A stretch of 64,000 nt of DNA from the NCBI RefSeq assembly GCF_009914755.1, contig NC_060942.1. One strand, 5' to 3'. Each line of letters begins with the position of its first letter. The stretch's first letter is position 1. Source of the DNA: the human T2T-CHM13v2.0 reference genome, Homo sapiens. Below are positions 1-14,981 of this stretch, one piece after another. A model generated the notes under the pieces. It was not told the origin of the DNA. It made no database searches and saw only the letters and a program-made list of their open reading frames with translations. A program made the translations under genes and the position numbers.

Positions 1-539
1 GTCCTAGATTTAACATTGGAGGCCTTGAAGTCTTAGAAAAATATTATGATAAATCACAATCCTTCAAACAAGCATGACATATTTTATCCAAGGACGTGAG
101 CTTGCCTTTCAAAAGTGAATTTATCCTTCTGCCTGAGTAAGGCAGCACGTCTTTCCCCTTGCAGCTGAATAGCTGAGGCATCAGCACTTTTAATACAAAC
201 AACAACAGGCATCCTGGAGTTGCCAAGAGCCGCTGCACCCTGAAGGTTTCCGTATTTACTGCCGGGTGTCACTTTCTCTTCTGGGAGACCACCTATCCAA
301 AGTCACAGTAGGTTAGAGGTGAACGACCCAAGAGGAGCCAAGGGAGTTGAAACCTAAGTCAGCACTGTTGCATTAATGCAGTTGTTCTAGCATGGAGAAA
401 TGAACATGAAAAGAAATGTGGGAGTCTTTTCGGAGAGAGATGAAGTTCTGGAAGGAATAACTGAGAGTCAGTAGCAGCAGCAGCATCAGCAGCATCCTAA
501 TCCTATTAGCAGCTGCTGTTGACGGAGTGGCTGCTCCCT

Positions 540-720
540 GCCAGGCACTAAGCAATGTCCTTGTGTACATGATCTCCAGCCTCTATATTGCCCTGAGAAG
601 TGGATTTGATTATCCTGTTCTTCAGACAGGGAACTGAGACTCAGCAGTATTAAACCACCTGCCCAAGGTGCTATGCTAGGAAACAGCAGAGCCAGGGTTC
701 CAAGCCAGGTCTGCTTATCT
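540..720 (-). mobile_element. MIR SINE fragment
   Basis: attatcctg..acaggggaactgagactcag..cctgcccaaggt..agagccagggttcc resembles the reverse complement of the MIR core. Confidence 0.65.
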
Positions 721-2188
721 GCAGGCCTCCACAGAGGAGGAAGGCCTTATATGGGCACAACCTGGGAATGTCATGTAGGTGACCAGGCAGATGGGGGAGA
801 GCAGCTGCCTCCTAAGTCAAGAGGGAGCGCCCTGGTACCCCAGGCTCAAAATGGCCTTGCTGTTTCAGAAACCTGGGGAATGGAGAAAAACACAGCTAAA
901 CCTTGGCCTGTGGGTGGAAGTGAGCAGCCTTGAAGACATAAAGTAATTCCCTAAGGGCTGGTGCCAAGCTGGATGACTGGAAATGGGAGTGAACCAAGAA
1001 AGCAGAAATCTTTAAGCCTGAGCCAAATTAGTTAAGTTCTGAGACAGAAATCTGTCATCTGCCTTTTCTCTATGTAGTTTGCATCCTGAAAAACCCTTTT
1101 CCATGGTGTTCACTGAGTGGGCTCTGAGAGTTTGGTATTTTGTTAAGGGAGGTGGGGGTAAATGAGAAAAAGCTGTAATCTTAGTGTTGAACCACTTTTA
1201 TGGTTCAATATAAATGTTCCAAAATTATATATGGTCATTGTAGAAAATTTAGGAGAAAATGCAGAAAATTATAAAGGAAAAAAATTCTGTAATCTACCAC
1301 TCACAGATAATAAGCAAAATGTTAAAAGATGACCCTTCTAGTCTTTTTGCCATACAATTTTAAAACATAAAAGGGATTAGACTCTGCACCATTTAGTAAC
1401 ATTTTATCACTTAGCGCCACATCATGCACGTTTTCCGATGTCTTTAAATGGCCTTTTCAAACATAACTTTTCTTCCCCATCAGGTGACGTATCATAATTT
1501 AATTAGTCCTTCCTTGTTGGACATTGGGATGATTAAGAGTTTGTTCCCTTGATTAGCTCACCTGGTAGAATATTCCATTAGGAACCTGGAACAGTGGGAC
1601 AGGCATCTATCTTGAGAAATCTATGCTATTTATATACTCTTCGCTCGTTAATAATTGTCTCTATTAGCAACTAACCACAGGTCTGAACTAGCGTCTGATA
1701 TTTATAGCCACCTCACTTTCTTTTGTTCTCCTAATGGAATCAGTTTAAATATGTCACAAACCTTTTATTCTACAAGGGAACATTAGAGCAAGATATTCAT
1801 CTCAGGAACTGTGAGCATAGACCAGTGTTATTTATATATATCTACACACATACGTGATCTTTATATAGACAGACAGGAGCAAAAGGGCACACAGCAAAAA
1901 CAACCACACTAGCAGTAGAAGAGTCCTTTCCTGTCAACAATGAAGCATTTGGAAGGAAATCAGAGGCATACAACCAAATAGGCTTTTTACCCCCTTGGGG
2001 GCCATATCAACAGCATGGCTATTCAGGGGCCATGCTCTGTCACCTTGAGGTCATGCCAAAGAAACTTGGACTTATACACAGATCTTAATTGGCTCTTGTC
2101 CCCAGGACATTCTTCTTGTTTACAAAAAAAAAAAAAAAAAAATTATATGGATGCCCTTACCAAAAGAGCAGGGATTGTGGCTATTTTC

Positions 2189-2577
<389 letters not shown>

Positions 2578-4500
2578 TGATGCATTAGTGCCTGCGCAGT
2601 CAGGGAAGTAGAGGAAGGGACAACTTAGAGACTGGAGCAGGCTTCCATGAAGGTACCTAGAAAAATAAGGAAAAGGCTGATGTCCTATAGCAAACAAAGA
2701 TTATTTGCAAATTCACAAATCAGTGTTTTTGTCTTTTAAATCTGCTTTTGCCAAAGATGATTATTTGTCAATGTCAGAAGATCCGCATCAGCTGTCACCT
2801 GGAAAAAAAAGGGGAGAGTTGAGTGAGAAGTCCTGTTTGTGACCCATGAAGCCAGGCTCCATTCTTTGTCTTCTCACTGGCTCACTGAAGATCTGAAGGA
2901 GCCACATTCCACATAGAAATCCCCATAAAGCATTCCTCTGAAACACAGAATATAAAAAGAGGGCTGGACGATTATCAGTAGTTGGTTCTAATCTCAGCCT
3001 GTCACTAAATCCTGATGGGATTTGGACAAGTTTCCCTACCTTTCTTGGGTCTCAGTTTTCTTATCTGTAGGGAAGTTCATACAGGTTTGTAGATTTTAAA
3101 TTGTGTTTAAAGGTGCTTTGGTGTTTTATAGATACTTGATTTGAACTTTTTAAAAAATCTATATCTTTTTTAAAATTATAATCCAAATAACACACTCTGT
3201 TCTATAGATGTTCGATTTGAACTTCAAAAAATATATATACTTTTATCTTTTTAAAAATTGTAACCAAAATAACACTCAAATATGTTATTTATCAAATTTC
3301 AACATACTGAAACCCTCAATATGCTAATTTGATTTTTAGCTGTCCACAGTTTATTCTGCCATCTCTTTTTAACTTAAAAATAACTTGAGATTATCAATAT
3401 GAACTGTTTAAAAAAAGTTATTGTACCATTTGCTGTAACTTATCTGTTAGGATTTCTCAATAAAATGCTAGTAAACAACATTTAGAAATAAACTAGATAA
3501 TTATTACATAAGAATCAGGTTCAATGTTCTCATTGTCTTTATAACTAAATAGTTAAAACTTATACTAAAAGTAAAGTAAATTTATGCTAAATAGCATAAT
3601 TCTGTATCTATCTTGTAAGTGTTCAATAACTGTTAGAAGTTCTCCTCATATGTACTTGGTTTCCTGTAAGGGTTTGTATTTTACAAAAGCCTTCTGTGGC
3701 AACATTACTTCCGAAAGCCCTTTAGACCTGACATTCTATATAACTTACATTTTTACATGTAAAACAAAATATGTTTGTGGCCCTGTAAATATAACAGTAT
3801 ATATTAATGACCATTAATGGTTTTAGTAAAAGTCAGGGGATTGTAATTAAAATAAGTCAATGATAACCACTTTAAAAGAAGTCTAAGCAATATCCCAATT
3901 AATGAAATTCCCCTAAATGAATTCTAATTAATAATTTGGGGCAAATTATTTTCCCCGCAGTTTAGCTGCTGTTTGCTTGTCAGTTGAAATGTATTATTGT
4001 ATATTTGGGAAGAGGAAATTGACTTGAAGATTGGGAAGTCCAGCCCATGCTCCAGAGCTGAAGAATTCCACCCCAGGGGATTTTAGGAAATGGGTTTCGG
4101 GTGATGGTTCAATTGATCATTCTAAATTAAATTACTAAGTATGCTTCATATTTGGTTTAGAAAAACTGCTGGTGTATGCATTTTGCCCTTCTTCCTTTAT
4201 CTTATTTTATGAAACAACCACCCCAATATAGTTAGTGAAGAAAAACTCTGAGAAATTGCCTAAACTCAAGTAATAAGGCCTATGAGGATGCTGTTTTCAG
4301 GAGCAACTTTGCCCTGTAATATAAACACAGGGAAGCATGAGTTGAACAACCCCTGCAGGGTGTTAACCACAGGGGGACCATCTGGCCTTTGAACACTGCA
4401 TGTGGAACCTGATAGAATAGTTCTTGTTCAGATATGCCACAGGTCAGATCTCATGGCCCAGCATCACTGAACCCCTGCAAAAGTAAAGGTAAACAAATGA

Positions 4501-4683
<183 letters not shown>

Positions 4684-4956
4684 TAAAGTGCTAGTGTTGA
4701 TTATCCTTTTGGTGCTTTATTCGTTAACTTTCATTTCTCCACCCATCAACTTTTAGCAGCAGCTCTCAACTCAATATGAGAATATACTTGTTTTCCTTCC
4801 CTCGTTCTTTCCTCTACCTCCCCAATATTTTTTCCACTGTATTTTTTCTTCACATTGTCAAAGTTGATGACATTTACATGTTGTTTGTGACATGTTTACC
4901 TACAGATTGATTCTCGAAGTTGAAAACCAGTAAGCAGCATTTATATTATGAATTTA

Positions 4957-5282
<326 letters not shown>

Positions 5283-6914
5283 TTCCCTCCTCACTAATTC
5301 TCATCCCATATCTTCTTGTCCAGTGCGACTCAGAACACTGTACCCTCAGAACTGCCACTTGAGGCTTAAGAGGATGGAGATGGGAGGGAGAAGGAACCGC
5401 CTGCTTTTTTACACACAGAGGTCTGGGTGGTGGAAGGAGGCTTCAGTAGTTTCATGCAAGCCTCAAGTAATCCCATGGTTTTAGCCCCTCCCACCTGCCG
5501 GTCTTGCCTCTTGTTGACCTCAGTCTAGGGCCTCTCCAAATATCCATGGGGCTGACGGCATCCTCCACGGCTGCCCCCTGCACCTACCCTCACCTCACTG
5601 TGCAGTCTGGGCCAAGACAATTGAATTCTTTGCCTTTCAGAAATGTCTTAACATCCCTTGTCCTCTGACTGTTCCCGTCCTGTTCTCTTCATCATTATGG
5701 GGTTATATTGATGAAAAGATCCCCTTACTATCAACTTTAATGCCCTCTCGGTGGAAAGGGAGATGAATGCCTGCAGATCCACATCTTAGTAGAAATCTGA
5801 GTTGCCTCCCCTTCTCTTTGCAGCTGCTTTCCAGTTGGACTTGAGTCCAAGAAGATTTGAGATTTCTGCACTGAAAAGGACACTTTGCTTAGATAACTTT
5901 TCATTTGGTTGGGAGAGGGAAGGGGGGAACAACATGATAGGTAAAATAATGTTCACCTTTGGTTGCCTTGGTAAGAGCTTCCCCCTGTAAATGACACCTG
6001 GGGAGGTTGAGGGAGACAGAAGAGCAGCTGACAGGAAGACTGAGGGTCGGGGGATGGGAGGGTAATCACCAGATTGGAACCACTGAGTGGCAAGGATCCA
6101 CTAGCTGGCTGGGGACAAAGTCACACTTGCCATTGGGTATCTGGAGGGCCCCAAGCCTATTCAGTCATGCAGCAAAATCCTCAGGAGTTCCTAGAGCAGG
6201 GAGAACAGACACAGGGAAGGAACTGCTTTCCTTACCTTATCCTTTACCCACTGCTCCAAAGGGCTCCTTTCCCCTCCCTCTTCCTTTCTCTCCAAGCCCT
6301 GGAAATGGCCTCTGCAATGTCATTTTTAATGTGCTGAAAGCCATTCCCCCCATCGCCAAAATAGCCAAAGTGATGCCTAACATTTATAACCAGGATGTAG
6401 ATTTTCATTCCATAGAGATAAAGCTTAACATAAAAATCCCCTGGGAAAGGGAACCTGGTATCTTAGTAGAAAATGGCTGAGCTCAAATCCTCAATGTGAG
6501 TGCTAACAGGGAAGAGTATGAGTGTTTGAAAAGCAGGAAGAGAGGGCACCGCAGAGAAAGAAAAGGAACAGCAAGCGACCTTGGAACCAGGCCGATAGAT
6601 GTTTTTTCACCATTTGCATAAGACGTGCTATTCCCCCATCATCCCACCCACTCCCACCTCCATCCTCTTCTAGAAGCTGCCACATGGCTATTCTAAGGGG
6701 ACACTGCTCAAACTTGCAGTGGAGAATAATGGATGGGATGGGGATTTGCAGGCGAGAGCCATCTAGAGGGAAGGTGAGGGAGAGCAGAAGGAGAGGCCTG
6801 CAGGCCAGGGAGTGGGTGGCTGGGAGAGAGTGGCAGGGAGAACTGGTGGAAGGCGGGATATGGCGAAAGACACGCTCAGAGGCAAGGGAGCTTTCTGCTG
6901 AACATCTACAGCAC

Positions 6915-7130
6915 TGGGATTAAAGATGAGAGGTGAATGCCAACGCGCCATCCATAGGAGAGATGAATGCCAATGCGCCATCCATAGTGGCCTTAGAAAT
7001 AACAGCTGGGGTTAAAGATGAGAGGTGAATGCCAACGCGCTGTCCATAGTGGCCTTAGAAATGACAGCTGCGATTAAAGATAAGAGGTGAACGCCAACGT
7101 GCTGTCCATAGTGGCTTTAGAAATGACAGC
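6915..7130. repeat. 62-bp minisatellite, 3 copies, first with an internal 30-bp duplication
   Basis: ttaaagat.agaggtgaa.gccaac starts at 6920, 7012 and 7074 (spacings 92 = 62+30, and 62). Confidence 0.9.
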
Positions 7131-7479
7131 ACCATGAGCTCTCAAAATTAGCAGAGATGATTTTGCTGTGTTCGGACTGGAGGAGAGATGGGCATATGAG
7201 AATCAATGCATGAATGTGTGTGATTATTAGACACTCTACACAGTGACAGCCATTTCATGCCAACAGTGGAAGCCACAGTTATCTTATTTTAATTTTTTTT
7301 TCTACAATGAGCCTACTTATGGGATTCCTGTTCTGACCTCAAAAGGAAACAGAGCCGGAGAAGGGCAGTCCCTTGTCAAGGGGTGCATGGCAAGCCAATG
7401 GGAATTTAATTGTGTCACTCATTACACGGGCCTTATGGTCAGGACAGCTCTTAGTAGGTGTCCTGGGGCATTTAATTCA

Positions 7480-7650
7480 CTCAGGCAGCAGAGCCTAATG
7501 GTTGAGGGCATGGCATCTGAGGGTGGAAGGCTGGGGTTTGGGGCCCAGTTCTGCCACTTTCCAGATGGGTATGTTTGGGCAAGTTCCTTAACCAGTGCAT
7601 ACCTCAGTTTTCCCATGTGTAAGGTGGAGGTAATAATGGCATGTTCCTAG
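7480..7650 (+). mobile_element. MIR SINE fragment
   Basis: tttgggcaagttccttaacc..cctcagttttcccatgtgtaaggtggaggtaataat (MIR core). Confidence 0.7.
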
Positions 7651-8599
7651 GTTAGATGAAGTACATTGTTTCCTGTTATTACTGTCTAGTTTGGAAGGTA
7701 AATGGGATCTATGTGATTATTTCAGCAATCTTTTGTGTGGTATTTTTACTTTTCACACTGACTTCATAGCTGTTGCTTTTAACTCTTACAAAAACCCTGT
7801 GGGATAAAAATGGAAGGCATCAATTCCAGCTAACAGGCGAGGAAACTGAGGCTCAACATCACAGCATCTGTAAGTGGCAGAGGTCAGACTTGAGCTCAGA
7901 GTTGGTGTTTTTTGTTTGTTTGTTTTTAAGCCAGAGGTTCTCAACTGTACTCCCTGCTAGAGTCACCTCCCCTTAGAGATTCCCCTTCCCCTCTCCAGCC
8001 AAGGCTGTCCCTGAAGCTCTTCCTCCATGGGCCTTTGCCTTCTCCCATCGTTTTCCAGCAAGTCACATAGGCATCTTTACTTTTTTTAGTGGAGCACTAC
8101 AAGGGTGACTTACCCTTGGCTGTTTTCTGGTGGTCAGAGTGACTTCGTCCTATTCTGTCCCTGGGTCCTCTGTGCCCTGGAAGCACACCTGGAGCTGGCC
8201 ATCCCGAGTGAGGGATCCCACTGGGAGCACGGAATGGAGCAGAGTGGCACCAAGCCTGGACCCCCTGAGCATAGACAAAGTGGAACTGCAGAGGGACGGG
8301 GGCTGCAAAGACTTTCAGCAGGGTCTGCAATGATCTCTGTCCCCAGGGCTCCAGCGAACCCAACCAGGAAGCTTCTGTGTCCTCACAGGACAGATAATGA
8401 TGACCCCCCTTGCTCAAGCTTTCTCAGAGGGGAGCACAATAGGTCCTCCCCATCTGGCCCCACTTCTTTCCTCAACTTGATTTTTCTACCTGTGGCCTCC
8501 CATGGCCCAGCAGAATCTATCTCTCTAGCCGTCTCTCTATTCCTCCAGCAACAGACTTCTCGAGGTCATGGTATGGACCCTTGCCCACCTCCTGGATAG

Positions 8600-8875
8600 C
8601 CTCTACTCACTCTTCAATTTAAATGTCACTTCTTCAGGGAGCCTGCTGTTTCTCCCCAAAGTAATGGTCTCCTTGCTACCTCCGTCCTGTACTTTTCCAT
8701 CATATACTTATCACAGTTGTGATCATCTGCAGTCACAATTTTTTGCCATTATTTGCATCACATCTGCCCCTCCACTCCCAGACTGTAAGTTCCATGGGGC
8801 CCAGGACTGGATCCTCATTGCCTGGTACATAGTGATGCTCTATAAATGTTACATGAAAGTATTAAATATTCAATA
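8600..8875 (+). mobile_element. L2 LINE 3' end
   Basis: aatgtcacttcttcagggagcc...gactgtaagttccatgggg...gcctggtacatagt...ataaatgtt. Confidence 0.6.
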
Positions 8876-9839
8876 ATGCTACATGCAAGTGCTTTGGACA
8901 GTGAAAGTTGCTTTGCAAATGTGTTTTCATCTTGATTTTATTGCTATCCATGGGGTTACCAAACAATAAAAGAACTGTCTGTGGCAGCTGAGGCTTCCAG
9001 AAGAATCAGGCAAAATGATTCGTAAGGAGAATTTATTGAAAATGGTCTGTAAGCTACACAGTGTCTTGTGGTGTGGCTGCTCCTGAGGGAGGGAAGTTGA
9101 GAAGCGAGCCTGAGGATATAACTTGTACTCAGTTTTGGTAAACAACCCAGATTCAGCATCTTGAGTTTGTCAGTGCGATGATCTGAAAGCCTGGAGAAGA
9201 AAAAGAAATGAACACCCGAGGGAGGGGCATGCAGTTGCTGTCCAGGTTTTCTTCTAAGCTGGTCTTCCTACTGTGTCATTTGAAGCCTTGCCTGTGTATG
9301 ATGCCTGAGAGAGCATGTGCTGTTACCAGAATTTTACCGTCGGCTCAATCCCTTCTCCACTCCCAGCTTCTTTCGATGCCACTGAACTCTCACACCCCTA
9401 TTTAGTTTATTCCTTTTTCCACACCTCGTTCAGCTCCTTCCTGACCTCCCCATTTTCTGTCCTTTGCCACAGTTCCTGCCTGCTGTGCCATTGTAGTCTG
9501 TGAGCCCAGCCTGGTCTTCAGTGCTCAACCATTCATTCCACATGTTCCTCTTAAGCCTCTGCTGTCATTCTAGAGAGCTAATCCATGATTCCCCCAGCAA
9601 ATCCCACCCTTCAGGGAAGGGCACCTTTATGACTCACTTCCCCCAAGCACCTCTTCCAAACACTTGCCACTCTCAAGTCCCTAGGCCCATTCCCACCCCT
9701 GCATCATTTTTTATTCATCAACTTTTTATTGAGCATATACTTACTACATGCCAGAAACCATACATGGTTGGAGGTATAAGGGTAAATCTAGACACCATGC
9801 TTTTGCTCTTGGGATTCCCAGTATGATGGGAAGAAAGAC

Positions 9840-9841
<2 letters not shown>

Positions 9842-9870
<29 letters not shown>
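9842..9870. repeat. (AG)n microsatellite
   Basis: About 14 AG units. Confidence 0.9.
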
Positions 9871-9873
<3 letters not shown>

Positions 9874-12800
9874 CCATGAGATAAGCACTGTGGGTGTGTG
9901 TGTTGTGCTCTGTGAACTGGAGGGATGTTAGCTCTGAAGGTGTCAGGGTAACATTTCAGCACAGCATGAGCAGGGTTGCTCCAGGCAAACAGAGAGGACA
10001 GTGTCACAAGCAGGTGGACCTGCGTGTGTGGAGAATGTGGTGAATCAGGGAAGATCACCCCATTCTGTGTGGCTGTGGTGTGGGGGGCAGCCTCTGGAGA
10101 GTGGGGAAGACAGGTGCAGGCATGACCGTGGGGGCTGTGTGAGAAGCTTGTGTGTGAGGAACCTGTGGGGCAGTGGAGAGCTATTCAAAAAAACTTTTTA
10201 ACAGAATGAAATGAATAGATATGTTTTAGGAATAATTGAGGAAAGGAAGACTGATTGCAGGGGATGCAGGAGGGCGGCAGAGAGAGCATTGCAGGGTTTA
10301 TTCTGAACATATTCATTGAGGGATGCCACAGATCCTACAGTGCTCTCTGCTGCAGGAAAGCAAAAGTAAATGGTTCTCACACCCAGCTGCTGCAGGGGAC
10401 AAAAGCTAGAGGTGGCATGATGTAGCATCTAGGTATTTAGAGATGTCCAGGACCTACCCTAAAGCAGTGCGGATGAAAGGGGACAGGCTGCAGCATCGCC
10501 ACGATAAGGCTTTACCTCCCTGCTTTACTGTAGCCTCACCCCTACCCTCGCTATGCTTGCCCTGGGAGGTGGCCTCATGGGGGCAGGTCAGCAAGACTGT
10601 CCCAGGCCTTACTCCCAGCCACCATTGCTGACAACTCAAAGGAAGGTAGAGAGAACCTTAGGTCCTTGGAGCCTGGATGAGGGTAGACTTGAAGCTGGGA
10701 CTCTACGCCTCTCTGCAATTATGTCAAAGAAAAGACAAAATGATCCACAGGGTGAAAAGAGATCACTCTCAAAGGCGATTTGTTTTGCTTTTTGTTTTAT
10801 GTGAGAGAAACACTTGCCTTATAAAACTAAACCTAGGGATGGGGGTAGGCCCTGGGTGCCAATCTTCCATCCCAACCCCAGTGATCTGATCCCCTAGGGG
10901 CCCTTGGCTCAGTCCCGTGTGAGACCCACTTGAGTTGCTCTTCAGGCTTTCTGAGGCTAGGCCCCTTGAGGTGTCCTCAGACTCTGTCTACCCACTCCCA
11001 CACTTGGGATCCTAATTTGCAATTCAGGCAGTTGAAACTGATTCAGAACGAAAAACAATTGACATCACTCCTTGAAAAAAGAAAATGATTTTGTCATTGG
11101 CAATATAAAAAGGCCTAGTTCTAAAAGCAATCTGCCTTCCACCCAGAAGGTTTGCACTGGACAGGTGAGGGTTCTGTCCCCTCCTGCCACGCTCAATGAC
11201 AACATCCTCACTTGGTTTCCTCCAGGTGGGAAGTGATCAACACAGGAGAGGCAGCCCCTCCCGCCTATGCTGACCTGATCCAGCCCCACCTCTCCCTGTC
11301 CAGCCTTTACCTCTTCGTGTGTGTTCCGTAAGGAAGCTCTGTGCATGATGCGTATAAGTTGACCACCTTAAGTACTTTTCTGAGCCCCAAGTTGCTCTGG
11401 CCCATGCATTGGGTTAAAGGCAATATCTATCAAGTACTCTTCCTCCCAAAGGGTAGCTTGGAAGTAGGACTCTATATAAGGCTGCGGGGTGGCTGAGATC
11501 TTCCCCAGGCAGCCCCTGCCCAAACCCATTGACTTCCTCTTGTTCCCAGCACATAAGGACCCCGGGTCATAGCAAGAAGACAGAGCCTGGTTTCTGCTGG
11601 TTCTTGAGAACTCATGAAACCCTGAGGTTCATTTATCTGGAGTGTGTAGAGGCAAAGGAATGCTTTAGTGCGTCACCATCCAGCCCGCTGCAGGCCAAAT
11701 ATCCAAGTGTGTTGGCTGGGGCCCCAGCCCTGATCTGGGTTCCCAGTGAAATAACTACACTGTGCAGGTTAAATCCAGTTCCTGTCCTGGACTCCCAGTG
11801 CCTGGAAGAACTGTAGAGATCTTGGCTACTGGCAGGATTGCATTTGTCAAGCTAATGTGCTGCTGCTGTTGTCAAGGTTGCAGTATTTTCTGCATTGAGG
11901 ACTATATCAAGTGTATGTCCAAGGCTCCCAGGCAGTGAGAATACTCCGTCTCTGTGTCCTGAGTGCTAATCACGGCAAAGCAACTCAAAAAGAAGGCAGG
12001 CAGCTGCCTCTGGGGCTGGAGGTAAGGTCTTCTCTCTTGACATCCTTCTGCCCATTGCCCCCTTTCCACTACCCCCTCCCTTTCTCTCTCCTCTTTTCCT
12101 CTCCCTAGCTCCTCCTGTTTGTCCCTGCTCCCCTAGCCTGGGCCTGCACCCTGGCTCATATCATCAGGATCCTGAGTGTTTTGTTTCCCACCGATGCATG
12201 TGGGCATGAGACTGTCCACTTTCCTGTGATTTATTCACTGTCTTGGTTACACCTGAACAGAGGCATCTTTTGTGGCTGGCCTTAAGGGGGCTTGGCTCTC
12301 CAATCTCACACTAGAATGAATTGATGTTTTCCTCACCCAGCAAACACTGGCTGGGCCCCAGTGGAGGCCAAGTGCTGTACTAGGCACCAGCCCTGCACTT
12401 CCTCACCAGGACAGGGCTAATTCTCAGTCCCCTCCTGCCATCGCTTCCTGAGGGCAGCCTGGCTCCAGCTCTGTTGTAGTGAAGGGAGAGGATTCTGATT
12501 TGGAATGCTGGTAGCTGCTGCCACATGGTCGATATGTGACTCTTTCTTTCCTGATAGAAAGTTATTACTTAATTATTTGAGGAGGAGGAGCTGTTTCTTT
12601 GCAGTTGGCCAATCCTGGCCATGCACGGGCCTTTGCTGGCTGGATCAGGTTCCCCTTCCTCACCTGACGTAGGATGCCCTGTAAGGTTAGCCCCAGGCCC
12701 AAGAAATGCCAAAATGGGTTGGGCCTGCTCCAAAAACAGGAGTGACCTTGGAAGAGTCCTTTCCTCTTTCTGGATTTCAGTTGCCTGGGTTCCTGCTGTA

Positions 12801-14644
12801 ATTAGTATGAACTGACTAATGCCTGAAGGCTGGATGGTCACCTTTTTCAGCATGAAATCAAACCAGCAAGGAACGCAGGTGCTGCTGGGGAGACTGGGGT
12901 TCCCGTTGAGGCTCTTGTTCTTTGTCTCATCTGAGAGCTTACAGTGGATTCCCCACTGCCCATCTCCCTGGATCCATGAGCTCCATTGCTTTCTTGTCCA
13001 CTCCGCACCCAGTCGGTGGAGCCTCATGCCTTGTCATCTCCCTCCAGGGAGCTCTTCACCTGGAGGCTGACCAGTTCTCTCCCTCTCTCACCATGTGTAC
13101 TGTGATCCAGTGGCCTCCCACGGGCCCTGACCATCAAGACTAAGAGGGTTGTGGGTGTGTGGAATGCGCTATGGGCCTGCAGGGCATTCCTTGTTCCTAG
13201 GAGATCAATGCGCTCCCTGGTATTTCTCCTGTTAGAACAAGGAGCCAAGTGCAAAAGCAAGTGTACAACCACGTTTCCTCTCCAGCACTCATGTCCCTAC
13301 CATGTGATCTCTGTGGCATGTGGGTCTGACTCTCAGGGTTTCATAATCTTTCCATGAAGGAGGCACCCACAGAGGAGGGCAGCGGACACATGGCGGCAGT
13401 CAGGAAGTTAGAACCGAGGGAATGGTGTCACCATAATGGACTTGGTTAGCCAGTTGGCAATTCATTGTAGATTCATTCCTTGATACCCCACACCACAGGC
13501 TGGATGTCTTTGTGTGTCCTGGAAGAGGAGATAGAAATAATTTAGCCTGATGCTCCCGCCAGTCTCCATTCCCAACTCTCACAGAAAAGAAACTCAAAAC
13601 ACATGTGCAGTGGTTTCACCTCTTCCCGTGTGAAGGCCACCCTACTATTGGAGGTGTGTTGAGACTTGCCCAAGGCAGGAGAAGGGGTCACACTACCAGC
13701 CCCTACAGCCCACTTAATTCGCGATGGGTGCTGTTCACTTTGGTATAATTGGGTTGTGGTCATGACTGTACTTATTTCTGGAAGCACATCTGTATTGCCA
13801 GCCCGATTGTTCTTCTCTCATGAGTAAGTGGGCAGTGTTGTTATTCCCACCTCACAGAGATGAGACTTCTTGCTGGAGTGCTCACAGGCAGCGGCAGGAC
13901 CAGAATCCAGGCCTCCTGGCTCCCTGGCTTTCCTGGACTCTGACAGCCCCGTATGGTCCAGGGATTGTTGACCTGACCTGTCAAAATAGATTTCTTCACC
14001 AGAAAACAGGGAGATGCAATCGCTGGGAGAGGGATCACTTTTTTCTGCTTTAGGAATGATTTCTTGTTGCCTCTGAGCAAAACCCCTGCAAATGATTAGC
14101 CTCCCCGGGAATAGTAGGAGGTAGCCATGCCTATGTGTCAGCTGGATAAAGAGCTGATGCACCTGGGTAAGAGGCAGGCTGGGCTGGGTGGAAGGAAGTC
14201 AAGAACTCTATGAAATTTAAAGGGACTGAATCTAGGATTTAAATCAGATAAGACTTGTGAAATTCTCATGTCTGGTTGGTATCCCTCGGTGGGTAGAAAG
14301 AAGTCAGTATTAGAAATTTGAATTTGTAAACTATGGTCTGGAGTATGGAGCTTCTGAGAATGCATTTGCACTGCTCAGATATTAATATTGATGCAGTAGG
14401 TTAGGAATTAGGTGCTGAGAATAGAGCGATGCACATGATGAGTTCCTGCCCTCACTGCACTTCCAGTCAAACATCAAACACAGCAGTTAAAACTGAAACA
14501 GAGAGAAAAGTGACATAAAAGGGCTAAGAGGGGGACACAGCCTGAACAGATAAGCTAGTCTGGGAAGGGAAAGGAGACATCAGGGAAGGCTTCCTGGAGG
14601 AAGGGACATTTAAACTTAGACCTAAAGGATGAATAAGAATTAGT

Positions 14645-14981
<337 letters not shown>

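Noticed and set aside
470-496. CAG-rich run
   Set aside because: Short, interrupted and intronic, next to a MIR tail; not an expandable pure tract.
6915-7130. Possible CRISPR-like array
   Set aside because: Contiguous tandem units without unique spacers, no cas genes, and the DNA is mammalian.
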